A DNA stretch of 64,000 nucleotides. It comes from Rhizodiscina lignyota. Taxonomy: Eukaryota. Every line of letters starts with the position of its first letter. Positions within the stretch are counted from its first letter, which is position 1. The notes under the pieces are model-generated. The model worked only from the letters and a program-made list of their open reading frames with translations. It was not told the DNA's origin and did no database searches. Positions 1 through 11,257 of this stretch are shown here, piece after piece. The translations under genes were made by a program, and so were the position numbers. Location: assembly GCA_010015805.1 (NCBI GenBank), contig ML978125.1:2170001-2234000 (forward strand). The letters are read 5' to 3'.

Positions 1-1771
1 CGCAGAGGGCTGGTATCGTTGCTTTCGAGCTCTACAGGTCAAGGGCAACGACTTGGGCCTTGTTCTTGGGCAGCTCGGCAACATCTTGAATGAGATGTCT
101 AAGCGGGCAGGCGTCGCGAGCAGGCGTGCGGTAAGCCGGCCTTGGAATCTATTTACGCGATTTCCAAAACTGACAATGTGAATATAGGCTCCTAGCCGTG
201 GGTCAGATCGTCCCACGAGTCGTTCTGACTCTCCCGCAATTCCCACACCCAGTTCACGATACTCCTCCCTAAGAGTAAATACAGACAACAAGCCACTCCC
301 GCGGCCGCCTCGATCCGGCTCTGAAACTCCTCTTCGCCTCGAAACACCAAGCGTCGTCTCTCCTAGGCCCTCATCACGAGCCCAATCTTCTCATTCGCAG
401 CATTCACCCCATTCACCACACTCACCACACTCGTATTCTCCTCGAACGCACTCGCCGCTCGCACAATCACCGCAGACACATTCTCCTCTGGCTCAATCAC
501 CGCGCGCACAATCGCCTGCTGCTCCGAAAGCCCGAGAGGCGGCGCCTTTTGAAGGCAAATTTGAGCAAGCTCGGGCTGCTCCCAAGCCGCCACTCAAGAA
601 AGAGATCCTCAAGAAACAGCCCACACTGGACGAATCATCAGAAGATATATCAGCCCTCCCACAACGGCCTAGCATTGGCTTTTCAAGGCGAGGATCAGCG
701 CTTAACAAGGATAGCAAGGAATCCGGTGTCAGACGATCTGGCTCTATCATTCGCCGGCTGAGAGCTGCAGGCTCAAAAGACGTCAAAGTTGGTACGCCAA
801 TCAAAGAACAGCCCGGAAAGTATTTCCAGCAAAAGCACGAGAGGTCAATGACCTCTGACCTCGCTGACTTATTCCGCGTCGCCGGCGAATCTCCGCGCAA
901 CTCGCGCGTGATTGTAGAGGTGGAGGAGAGCACAAGGCCGAGGAACAAGCTGCGAAAGAAGAGTGCCGACTTGGTCGGAGCTACTCTATCGCCCAAAAAG
1001 CCGAGCCAGCAGTTGAGCAAAGGAGTCGGGGCAAAATTAGCCCCCTCGCCGCTGGAACCTGCTGATTCTGCTTACTCCTCTGGCGAAGGCGAAGGCCACA
1101 AGGACACTGAGAGCTTGAACGAAGTTCACCGTGCCGACAGCAACGATCGCAACGGCATCGGCGGTCCTGTGCCGCAGCGAAAAGATTCCTTGCCCGTACA
1201 AGGCGCATCACCGACTCTAGCACGAGACATGTCACCTGTTCCACCCACATCGGTGTCGCCGACTCACCCTCCCAGAACTGCCTCGCCAAACCCACACTCT
1301 CTTCAGAACGGCTCTCCAAGACCTCATACGCCAACGACGAAATTTGGTCTTTTCCCACCCAGCAGACCCTTGACACCATCCGCGATGAGTGTACATTCAA
1401 GCGCCGGGGCATTGGAAGGGACCTCGAATCGTGAATCTCCTCTGCTAGCGAAGCAAAGGCAAAGGAATAGCAGTCTCTCGTACACCGCTTCAGTTGTGCG
1501 TGCTCCAGGGAGAAGTAGTGATGATGATAGCGCACCTGCGCCTGGAGTACCGCGGAACAAGAGGGGCAGTGGTGCCGCTATAAAGAGCGGTGTTGACGCC
1601 TATGCAGAGCCGAACGGAAGTGACAACAAGGAGAATAATGTGGGTGCACCAGTTTTGGGTGGGTTGGGCCGCAAGACGAGCCTGGCGAAGAAGAAGGGGA
1701 GTTTTGGGAGGTTGAGAGATTGGATGGGACGAAGAGGAAATTCAACTTCGTTGAGAGATGTTAGAGAGTGA
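1..1771 (+). CDS. 5'-truncated hypothetical protein with S/P-rich disordered C-terminus
   Basis: The 848..1771 ORF frame stays open upstream to 188. Intron 131..187 (GTAAGC...CTGAC...TAG) joins it to an upstream exon (AEGWYRCFRALQVKGNDLGLVLGQLGNILNEMSKRAG) that runs off the window edge. Confidence 0.8.
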
Positions 1772-2090
1772 GCCACGAACATCACTCGCGAATGCGTATC
1801 AGTTTTGCATGGCACGATTCCCCTTTCCCGGCGTTCTGGAGAACAAAATTGAGGAGCATTTAGCGAGCAGGCCTTGGATTGATGATGCTAGGAAAGCACT
1901 TTCGGCGTATCCAGCCTTCACGAACCTGTCATGAACCACACGAGACGTCCTTTCTGTATGTTTTGTCTCAAGGATTTTCCTTTCCTCTGCACTTCTGCTC
2001 TTCCTACCAGTCCGGCGCTACTTCTCCTATTGCACCCGGGCTCCGCACCTGGGCAAATGTAAATTCAATGAATCGATGTTGTATTATGAT

Positions 2091-2283
2091 GGAGCTCGTT
2101 TCGCGTGAGCGTATGAGATCTGCAACTTGAGTGTCTCTTTTGCCCGACGACGAGAAGCGAACCTTCTGAGGCAAGTTTCGCCAGCTACTCCCCTGACAAC
2201 CTCGAATATAAACTCACCAATACGCAGATACTTCTTATAATTGCTGAAGGCAATTGAAATAGAGTGGCTCTGTAGACTTTCCG
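2091..2283 (+). repeat. Dispersed repeat family, copy A (5' segment)
   Basis: ggagctcgtttcgcgtgagcgtatgagatctgcaac...cagctactcccctgacaacctcgaatataaactcacc aligns by eye with the copies at 25401-25570(-), 36171-36363, 38088-38463 and 47443-47578. Confidence 0.85.
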
Positions 2284-2494
2284 CTCCATGGAACCAGCAC
2301 GCTAAGGTATAAGGCCTCTTGCACCATGTGTGAGGTTTTGCGGCTGTAGGATCGCGACTTCCCCATGAGAAAGATCGAGACCGATAAGCCTTCTACAATC
2401 CTCAGCCGATCCTCAACCTCAACTTGCGCCTTCTTCTATTTTTCGTCCGTTGTAATCCTGAGGCCCAGGTTTTCGCCTGCCACTCGATAGAGTT

Positions 2495-5400
2495 ATGTTT
2501 ACGATGGACAGTCAGTTGCGCTCGTCGTCTGTTGAAAACAAACCGTCTCCGCCACCTCGTGGCCGTCCTTCTCTCATTCCCATCATCTCATCCCGTCTCA
2601 AGTCCGCTCACTACTCACAAGCTAGAGGCGGCACGATGCCTCTCACAGAGCTGGACCCAAACGTCAGCGGCCGCACAAGCAGAGCGTCTGCAACATCTTC
2701 GGCGAATACCAAAGATTCTGCGAAACGCAATGCCACTGGGAAATCAGATCCGCTCTCCACCGCTCCAGGCGTCATGAGCATGCTCAAGACAACGACTGAG
2801 CTGGGTGACATAGCTTCGTTGGCCATTCCTCCACGCACCAGCGGCTTCAATCGCAACAACCAGCGCCGCGGCGCCGCAAATTCAAGGGTATCAGCAGGCT
2901 CAGTCGCTTCACAGCCATCCGGAAGACCTCGTTCCAACCATCATGCCTGGCCTTCCGCGTCTTCAGGACCGCGACGATCTATCACGAGCAATCTCACTGT
3001 GCCGGATCACCTTCTTTCTAAACAGCTTGGTCTCCAAGATGGCTCTCTCGCTATGCCCACTGCAGTCCATCCAGGCAAATCAGGCCGCTCCTTCAGCCTC
3101 ACAGGAACGGTACCACCTCTACCACCAATACCAGTCCATCGATCGATGACGAGTCTTCGAAACCACGAGCCTATTCTGCGTCCTCGTTCACCGTACATGT
3201 ACCCTACTCGACTCAAGCGACCCGGCTATCGCGCCCCATCACCGGCACTGAGTGACATTACCGGCATGCCCTCGAACAAACACCAGGGACATAGGCCTGG
3301 GCCTATGTTTCGACAGGCCCCGGTTGCGTCGTCGGGAAAGGGGTCCATGTCATCTCGCTTACCATATCCTACATCGAGAAATAGGTCTGCACCGACTGCA
3401 GTTGGACAGCTGGAGTCAACGGTTATGAAGCAGGAACGCGGTCCCTCACGACACCTTGGACATGGACAGCCTGCTATTCTCGCTCCGGCTCCTCTCCGAC
3501 CTCGTACCAGGACACGTATCTCACCTTCTCCAGGACTGCCATCGTCTCGGCAGTCTTCGTCAGTTCCGACAACGCCGACCGACTGCCTTTCAACGCAAGT
3601 TATGGTCAGCGTAAACACGGCTACCGAGGTGACGAGTATCGCACACACTTCAGCATCTGCAGTAACTGTCGATGACGGACCAACATACTATGACTATAGT
3701 GAAGCTTTTCACCCTCAGCAAGTTCTGAGATCTGTCCCACGAGCCCCAGAACCATCTCGCTCTCCTCCAGTGCCCATGGGTATGGTAGAACGTATCAGGG
3801 CACTACTTGAAGAACGGTCAACCTTCGATCATACAGGGCATGCCATGAACGGCATCAATCCAGTTGGCGTAATGCCTGAACTGCCTACAGACCAAGAAAT
3901 GACAGAACTACCTGGTGATCCGGGACCCCATCTGACGCGTAACCTGGTCATCGCAGCTATGGGAGCTGACTCTTCAACTATCGAATCGATTGCGCATCTA
4001 ATCACCGACGTGCGAGATGAGGAGTCCAGCGACCATCGACCTTCCGAAGATGGCTCAGCTCAGGGTAACACCAGCATGGGTAAATCAGGCAAAGAAACGC
4101 CCAACAAGCGGTTGAGTGCCATCTCTGAGGCTCCATCTGGTACAACTGCATCAACTTCGAACTCCGCAGCAATCGAATTCGCTATTAGATACAGCATGCC
4201 CATGCCGGCCCCAGCGTCTGACTCTCATAATATCTTCATTCCAGATCCAGATGAATCAGACGAGTGGCATCAGTCGCCTGATGAATCTGCACCACAGCAT
4301 TCATCGTCAAAGGAACGAGCCGGTCCGAATGGAGAGGACAAGAACGAAGAAGAGCAAACACCGAGAAACTCCGAAATGGAGTTTCACACTTTCAATACCA
4401 TGGATCAGTCGACAGGCTCTATCAAAGTTGCTACGGAAGTCGTGTTCGAACGCAGAAGAGAGGCATTGTCTTTGCTTGAGCCACGAAGGACTCCCGATCG
4501 TTCCAAGAGTCTTGTTCTGCCAGTTTCTTCTCCCACGAGGGACTCATCCAGCAGATACTCGGTGCCCACAGGCCGAACTGTGTGGACAAATGACGAAATC
4601 ACTTCCAGCGAAGTGACGTCCACTGACTTTGCTATTCGGATCAGCCTACCGGTGGACCCGATACCACTGAAACCCTTGCCCCTGAGGATCTCTGCGGTTA
4701 CTACGCGCGATGTCAAGGAAGCGGCTGAGGAACTGCCAGTGAACGCCGACGCACCAATCGTCACAGTCACTGAATCCACAGATGTCATTGAGCCTGAGCC
4801 ACCTGTCTCGCCTGTTCAAAACGACAGGATGATCAATCATAGAGACAGCCCTGTCTCTCCTGTTGCACATAACTTGCCAAGTTCTGCACTGAATGCGACG
4901 TTTGAAAAGCACACCAAGCCGTCGGCTCTCGCTGTTGTCGAAGTCGAAAAACCGCAGCCGACTGTCGAACAAGAGTCTGACTTCACCGGTAATACCACGC
5001 GCGCGACTTATGGTTCCAATACTACTGAGTCGGAGACTCCAGCCCATCGAGACTCCGCTCTTAGCGGCAAAGAGCAGGAAACAGATAATGACAGAGACGC
5101 ATCGACCACAGATCTACGCTTCTCTGCGTTCAATCATCCTCCTGGTTTGGGTTCTGTCCATCCTGATCTCAATGAAGAAGGTCATGAGGATGCATCTATG
5201 GCAGATTTCCGCATTTCAAATTTCAAGTTCCCAATGCCTGCGCGTGGACGTAGAGCATCGTTCGATTCAGCCACTGGACGGATATCGAAGGATAGTGCGA
5301 GGACTGGTTGGCCACCAAGGACATCAAGCAAAGCTTTGAAAGAGATCAGAGGCATCCCAAGTCTTCATTTCAGCAGTATCAACTTGGTCGAACGCCTGAA

Positions 5401-7456
5401 CCAGGCTCTGGGCCATAGGAGAAGCACCAGCGCGGATGGCGCGAGCGTCGATCTTTCCGGTCAGAAGAAGGCAGATGATGTTAGAGAGAGGTATAGGAGT
5501 TTCTTCAAGGATTGGGATGGTTTCGATGTTTCGACCCCGGCCATAGAGAAAGATCAGGTCTTGATTGTTCAGCCCCAGGCCGAGCAGGAGTACGATACCC
5601 TTGAAGAACAGATTGACAAGATCAATAAGGAGGAGGATAATGACAACGAGGGGGTTGCACATGAAGAAAAAGACTGGAACAGTGACATGCGAAGCGAGGA
5701 AGAAACCCCGATTGCTGTAGCTGCTGCAGCAGCAGCAATCACTCGTCCTATGAGCCCTCAAGAGATCATCGAGGAGGTCAACCGATTGGAGATCCCGAAT
5801 GTCAATGGATTGACGCAGCGGCTCAGCGAATTAATACCTAGCCTCAGGCGATATGCTGACGATGACATCACGGAAGATGCGACCTTTGACGACACCTTGA
5901 ACGAAATACGCGGGCTCGGTCGTAGACGAATTGTCCGTGCAGATGGCCGAGTCGTAAGCTTGGTCAGGCTAGACCACTGGATCTTGCCAGACGAAGTTCC
6001 ATCTTTATTGTCTGATGGCACGACACTTGATGTGGAACTCATCGGCAGCAAGCGTAGTTCTGCAGATACTGGAATAGGAACGGGAGAGGCCAGCAACAGT
6101 GAAGACTCGGAAGAGAAACGAACCTCCGCGGCAACGCAAACTACAAGTGGAACCGGCAGTACAGCGAACAGATCTAGCGGCACTCGAAAAACTCCCCTCG
6201 CTGAGCTTGAAGCACCATTACCTGTGGTTGTCAGAGGGCGCAGCATGACTGACAGCTATGCCGTTGTTCGAACATCTTCTCGTTTGCTTGATAGCCATGA
6301 TTCTCGCCGTTCACTGGCTGCTGTGGAGCTACCTGCCTCTGCGTCTTTTGAAATCCGACCGTGGAACTTCGATGCCAGCTATCCTTGGGCTGGGAAGAAT
6401 ACCCTAATCGACATTTCCTTTCCTGCTCCAACATTTCAGCGCGATTCTCCTGGCAAATCTGGTCCTTCCAAACTTCGAGCTCGACTCAGCGACCCTGAAG
6501 CCAACGATGACGATGACAAAAGCGACCAGAGCACCATCAAAGCACTTGGTATCAAGGATGGCGACGGCATGACAGGTGAAGTTACAGGCACAACTGAGGA
6601 TACCTTCACACACTGTCGCAGGAGCAGTCGCCGCAGCGTCTTGGGCTCTGTGACGCGAAGATTCGGCAACACACTCTCATCTCACAGTAAGAATGACAAA
6701 AACAGCCCGGCCATCAATGTCACTGTCGCCAGCTCCGGATTCACAAGTGTCGACAACTCCGGCTTCCTTCTCAGCGCAGACCTGCTCTCCCTCCGCGAGC
6801 ATGAACGAGTAGTCGACCCTGGAGATCGCTACCCAACGACTGGCCTGAGCCCACCGAATGCTTTCAACCTCGACGAAGTGCGCAGCTTCTTCTCCGACGA
6901 TTCAAGCATCGCGGGCGTAAGAGGCAGCAGTGCGCCCTTTAATCAACGCGTTGGAATCGGCAAACGGCTTACGGGCATGGGAGTCGCGAGATTGAAGATG
7001 GGCATGACCCGTGCTGCGAGCGCTATGGACCACCGCAGCTTGAAGCCCTCCGACGCGCTGCGTGCAGGCGCAGGGTCGCCGCATTCCGACTCGGCCGCGA
7101 ATGTAAATGGGAATGCACGACGACTCAACGGCGTCCGTTCCGCTGCCACCATGAGGAACGGGGCCCGTATGAGACATATGCGTCTTGGTGGTCGCGATGC
7201 TCTTGGCGTGGACGAGGAGCCGTTGCCGAACGACGGTTCGGAGAGTCCAAGTTTTACGACAGGGTACGATGGGAGCAATGTCGTTGGTATGTCGAAGACG
7301 GAGTTTCGCGCGAGAAAGTTTGTTGAGAAGATTAAGGTGCTGTGGTATAAGAGTGGGGAGTTGATTAGGAGTATTAGTGGCAGGAACCGGAAGGATAGCT
7401 GGCTGGGAGAGAGAAGAGTTGGGATGGAGGAGAGTGATGCATACTCTGGGACCTGA
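2495..7456 (+). CDS. Large low-complexity S/P/T-rich hypothetical protein (~1650 aa)
   Basis: Uninterrupted 1653-codon ORF. Short ordered-looking islands (PRSPYMYPTRLKRPGYR, YYDYSEAF, RPWNFDASYPW, VDPGDRYPTTGL) sit in a disordered background; no catalytic motif recognised. Confidence 0.85.
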   Translation: MFTMDSQLRSSSVENKPSPPPRGRPSLIPIISSRLKSAHYSQARGGTMPLTELDPNVSGRTSRASATSSANTKDSAKRNATGKSDPLSTAPGVMSMLKTTTELGDIASLAIPPRTSGFNRNNQRRGAANSRVSAGSVASQPSGRPRSNHHAWPSASSGPRRSITSNLTVPDHLLSKQLGLQDGSLAMPTAVHPGKSGRSFSLTGTVPPLPPIPVHRSMTSLRNHEPILRPRSPYMYPTRLKRPGYRAPSPALSDITGMPSNKHQGHRPGPMFRQAPVASSGKGSMSSRLPYPTSRNRSAPTAVGQLESTVMKQERGPSRHLGHGQPAILAPAPLRPRTRTRISPSPGLPSSRQSSSVPTTPTDCLSTQVMVSVNTATEVTSIAHTSASAVTVDDGPTYYDYSEAFHPQQVLRSVPRAPEPSRSPPVPMGMVERIRALLEERSTFDHTGHAMNGINPVGVMPELPTDQEMTELPGDPGPHLTRNLVIAAMGADSSTIESIAHLITDVRDEESSDHRPSEDGSAQGNTSMGKSGKETPNKRLSAISEAPSGTTASTSNSAAIEFAIRYSMPMPAPASDSHNIFIPDPDESDEWHQSPDESAPQHSSSKERAGPNGEDKNEEEQTPRNSEMEFHTFNTMDQSTGSIKVATEVVFERRREALSLLEPRRTPDRSKSLVLPVSSPTRDSSSRYSVPTGRTVWTNDEITSSEVTSTDFAIRISLPVDPIPLKPLPLRISAVTTRDVKEAAEELPVNADAPIVTVTESTDVIEPEPPVSPVQNDRMINHRDSPVSPVAHNLPSSALNATFEKHTKPSALAVVEVEKPQPTVEQESDFTGNTTRATYGSNTTESETPAHRDSALSGKEQETDNDRDASTTDLRFSAFNHPPGLGSVHPDLNEEGHEDASMADFRISNFKFPMPARGRRASFDSATGRISKDSARTGWPPRTSSKALKEIRGIPSLHFSSINLVERLNQALGHRRSTSADGASVDLSGQKKADDVRERYRSFFKDWDGFDVSTPAIEKDQVLIVQPQAEQEYDTLEEQIDKINKEEDNDNEGVAHEEKDWNSDMRSEEETPIAVAAAAAAITRPMSPQEIIEEVNRLEIPNVNGLTQRLSELIPSLRRYADDDITEDATFDDTLNEIRGLGRRRIVRADGRVVSLVRLDHWILPDEVPSLLSDGTTLDVELIGSKRSSADTGIGTGEASNSEDSEEKRTSAATQTTSGTGSTANRSSGTRKTPLAELEAPLPVVVRGRSMTDSYAVVRTSSRLLDSHDSRRSLAAVELPASASFEIRPWNFDASYPWAGKNTLIDISFPAPTFQRDSPGKSGPSKLRARLSDPEANDDDDKSDQSTIKALGIKDGDGMTGEVTGTTEDTFTHCRRSSRRSVLGSVTRRFGNTLSSHSKNDKNSPAINVTVASSGFTSVDNSGFLLSADLLSLREHERVVDPGDRYPTTGLSPPNAFNLDEVRSFFSDDSSIAGVRGSSAPFNQRVGIGKRLTGMGVARLKMGMTRAASAMDHRSLKPSDALRAGAGSPHSDSAANVNGNARRLNGVRSAATMRNGARMRHMRLGGRDALGVDEEPLPNDGSESPSFTTGYDGSNVVGMSKTEFRARKFVEKIKVLWYKSGELIRSISGRNRKDSWLGERRVGMEESDAYSGT

Positions 7457-8072
7457 ACTGAAAGAGGATGAGTGAGAACGGTGGCGAGGCAGGCGCATGA
7501 GAAGAGATGGGACTACTTTCGTTTGTTCTGCGGTATTTTACGGTGCATCTCATGTCGAGATTGGCTGACGATGAAGTCTCTTGGGGAATGTCGGATACGC
7601 TTTAGATGATATTCGCTTATTTTACGCATCTTCTGGGTGCATGTTGAGTTATGGGGTCTTGCGAGGAGCAACGGCGCTGGAAGGGTGGCAATTCGAGGTA
7701 ATGGTTGATGTCCGTATTCTGTCGCTACCGACTAGATTGTTGTAGCCAATAGTGATAATGAATAATGATAATGTTTGATCCATCTTATATTCCATTGAGA
7801 TTCTGGCTCTCTCTGTGTAATTCTTAGAATGCTATTGGCTTCATTCACTACAAGCGGGGACGTTGACTGAGATCGCCGTTGAATTGCTCGTTGATGCGGG
7901 TGACTGGAGTTGATCGTTCAGTATGGCCATGGAATATTATCAGTCAGATACAGGCCCTTCTCCTTCTCTTTTCATTTTCCATTCGCGTCGTCAAGTCAGA
8001 GCTAAACATCGAAAGTTTTACAAACTCATCATCCCAAAAAGCTCATCACAAATTCATCTACCAACACTCAAA

Positions 8073-8777
8073 ATGGGTATCAACAAGACGCTTAAAAACA
8101 TCTTCCGAAGCCAGAAAGACACTTCGACGTCAGATGTCTCAAAAGAAAACCAGGACTGCATCGAGCGCATAGGTGAGCAGCGTGATACAATGGAGCCCAA
8201 GAAGCAAACGCTGATGAGTTGCGTAGAGCCACCAGACCACCAGACCAAAAAGGTATGTCGGCGTACAGATTCCCGTTTGGTGGTCGCGAATAGGACATCG
8301 CCAGAGCCATTGGTATCGGCGAATTTCGCAGGCTCGTCGTCCTTCAGTATGCCTGTCCCACCCGAAGCGGCGTGGTTCAGCGGTACACTTAACCGTGCAT
8401 CCCCAAATTCTCCCCATCATTCGAGCTCCAGTACGTCGATGGATTCTTGGAAGAGCTTGGAATCCAGCAAAACTTCCGACGAGGCACAGGGTACTGGGGT
8501 TATCGAAGGCCGCCTGTCTGGCTCGCGCTGGAACGTAGGCAGCGGTACTTCTGCTGAAGACAGCGGAAAAGCTCCTACCCAAGAATATCGGAGCCGCTTT
8601 GCAGAAGATATGTCGAAAAGATCCACCATCGTGTGCGAATCCTTCGGCACAGACTTGCTGCACCAAGAAGACTCACTCGCTGGACTGCCGCGCTCTTCGC
8701 TGAAGGTAGTAGAGAAGTCCAAGGCAAAGATACGCCTTAGGTGTCAATTACAGCGCTTCCTGGGGTTCTTCTCGTAG
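8073..8777 (+). CDS. Hypothetical Ser-rich protein
   Basis: Lies within the 284-aa ORF 7923..8777. ATG 8073 (aaaATGG, MGINKTLKNIFRSQ) has the better context; the start is uncertain. Confidence 0.55.
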   Translation: MGINKTLKNIFRSQKDTSTSDVSKENQDCIERIGEQRDTMEPKKQTLMSCVEPPDHQTKKVCRRTDSRLVVANRTSPEPLVSANFAGSSSFSMPVPPEAAWFSGTLNRASPNSPHHSSSSTSMDSWKSLESSKTSDEAQGTGVIEGRLSGSRWNVGSGTSAEDSGKAPTQEYRSRFAEDMSKRSTIVCESFGTDLLHQEDSLAGLPRSSLKVVEKSKAKIRLRCQLQRFLGFFS

Positions 8778-8804
8778 ACGAACGCGCCTGGCATCAATAG
8801 GAGC

Positions 8805-10879
8805 TCAAAAGACCGCACCGCCAATGATGAAAACACGATCCTCATTGCGGCGGACGTAGGTGACAATTGCATTGGCTGCTACTGCCATTGCTGTGCGAGG
8901 TGTTGAGCTTGGCGCGATTGCGTAGAGTTCAAAAAGTGGAGTTGACCAGGCAATTGCAGTGTATGTTGTACTTGTTTCATGATGTATTTTTGGTGCGGTT
9001 GGGCGTGCGTGTAACGTACTGTTTAGGTGTGCGTAGAGCGTGTGCAGTCTGGAGTTTGTATGTTAGTTGTCGGGTTTGTTTTAGGTGCCTGATGTTTAAC
9101 CAATGCAAGACGGAGTTGCATACCTTCTTTTCGCAATTAATGTACTAAAATGTGGCTCGTATGAAGGCATGATGAATTGAACATTGCCCCGGGACTTGTA
9201 CAAGAAGTGCTTGATCAATGTGCCTGGCACTATATCTGCACAACTTGAACGGCCCTGCTTTACTGCGATTCGAATAATGCGAATGCTGCCGTTCTTTTCC
9301 AGTTGCTGTTCAGGAATATTAGCTTTTGGCTACGATTAAAATTTGATGGTTAGTTCACCTCAACAAGCTCATTGCGCATTTCTCTCATTTCGTAGAAGCT
9401 CTCTCTGTCGGCGCTGATCAAGAGAATAGCAACTTCATCACCTGGCCCGTCAGAAGTAGATGGTCGCTCTGTGACCTCTTTGGAGGCCTTGTCCAGGTTG
9501 AGAAAACTGACATACATATAAAGGTATCCGGTATTGTTGAAACCAGGTAGACACAGAGGGATCCAGTTCTCGCCGCCTCCAGCCTTGACACTTCCCGCTT
9601 CGAAGAGCATGTTGAAGATGAGATGCAGATCGCCTGGATGTAGCGAGTGCTTCTTTGGTCGTACAACGCTCACGAGTCTTCCGCTAGCAACTATGAGGCC
9701 ATAGAGAAGTCCCGGTCGGCGTTTGCTGAGCAGCGTGTTATTGACAACTTGTCGGTGGGATTTTCGCATTTTCAAGCATTCGAGAGCTGAAAGAAGTGTA
9801 GAAGGTGAGCCACGAGTGAAGCCATCCGCTAATGCTGAAAGTAAGGTCTCTGTGCCCTGCAAAGGTCTTCTCAGGTCTGTTGATGGTCGGTTTGAAAACA
9901 TTTTCTCCATGCTTGGCAAAGTCAAAGTCGACAATATCTGCATGTACAGCGACTCCAACTGCGTTCGTAGCTGCGAATCGCTTTCTCCAAGCCGACTGAT
10001 CGCAACGAGGTTCAGTGGTCCCTTTGAAAGAACGACAAAACGCGATTCACCCGCCGTGAAGCCTTTCAACATATCCTTTGCTCCTTGATAGAATGATATG
10101 ATCGTTTGAACAACGCCAATATAATTAGTTATTAGGCGATCGTCCCCGTGTCTGCTCCAGATAGGCTTCCCTGCTGAGGAGAGGATGAGGAAATGCTTAA
10201 GTTTTGATTTCCATTCGCTTAGAACTGAAAGCTCGTTTGACCCATCTTCTTTGATCTGCTCCAGCTCATCGAATTCATGTGCAAATGTTCGCTCAAACAC
10301 CTCGTCATCTGAGAAAATAGCTGCTTCTGCTCGTTTCTCGGAATCCGACGGCGACGCTGTAGGCTTCCATGCGAGTCCTTCTCGATCAGGAATAACCTCC
10401 CCAAGGATACTCTCCAAGTCCGCACTTACTTCAAGTGCTGGTGCAAAGCTCCTTAGGCTGGCCGTGTCGTCAATGTCACTGCCACTGCGGCTAACATTGT
10501 ACCCTGCTGTTGCACTGGCTTGTCTAGAAGCCGCGCTCGAGTGTACTTCATGCAAAGTAGCCCCGTGACTCAAAGTATGCACATCTCCAAGTGATAGAGC
10601 AGTTGTAGCTTTCCCTTGCAGTGGTGGTCTCCCAGTACCCGTGGACGGCCGTAGGGACCTTAGCGAAGATCTGGAGCCCCGATGTGCTACAGTCATCCTT
10701 GGTCGTGGGGGGAGAGGTGGAGGTGTGATCTCTCCTGATGCTTCGCCAGAAATCGCTTCATCTTCGCTGTTCTTGAAATCTTTTGCAGATACACCTTGGT
10801 CCTCCGTTGCGATTGGCGTATCGGTCAATGTGTCTTCCGGTCGCAAAGGCTCCGCCTCGGAATCTTTGCTGGCAGACAT
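8805..10879 (-). CDS. MON1: Vacuolar fusion protein Mon1 (Mon1-Ccz1 Rab7 GEF subunit)
   Basis: Motifs KHFLILSSAGKPIWSRHG, HSLHPGDLHLIFNM and WIPLCLPGFN. Introns 9306..9358 and 9049..9123 extend the 509-aa ORF to the C-terminus ...RVFIIGGAVF*. Confidence 0.95.
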
Positions 10880-11257
10880 GACTATCCCGCTTAGGTTATC
10901 GTAATAAAGGTATCATTACGGTTTCGTGATGGCGACACGACCTAAGCTCTGGTCTGTGGGAGGTCAACGAGATAGCCACAACCGCATCTTCTCAACTAGT
11001 TTGAATCAGCCTCTTGGCGCAAATTGTTCATTCAATCACTGAAACGCAGTGTGAGTTACAATGATGCTTCGTAGTGCTGCGAGGTTCATTTATAGGAGAA
11101 AGGTGTAACGTGACGTAGTTGTAAGGATGATTGCCAAGACTATACTTGTCATTAAAGTCGCGAGACGCGTGGAATTTGGAGCTCCCACCAGGCACCGATA
11201 TCAGCGATGTATTTCTGCCCATGGACGCCATTTCAGGCACATCTGAGCTCATGAACA

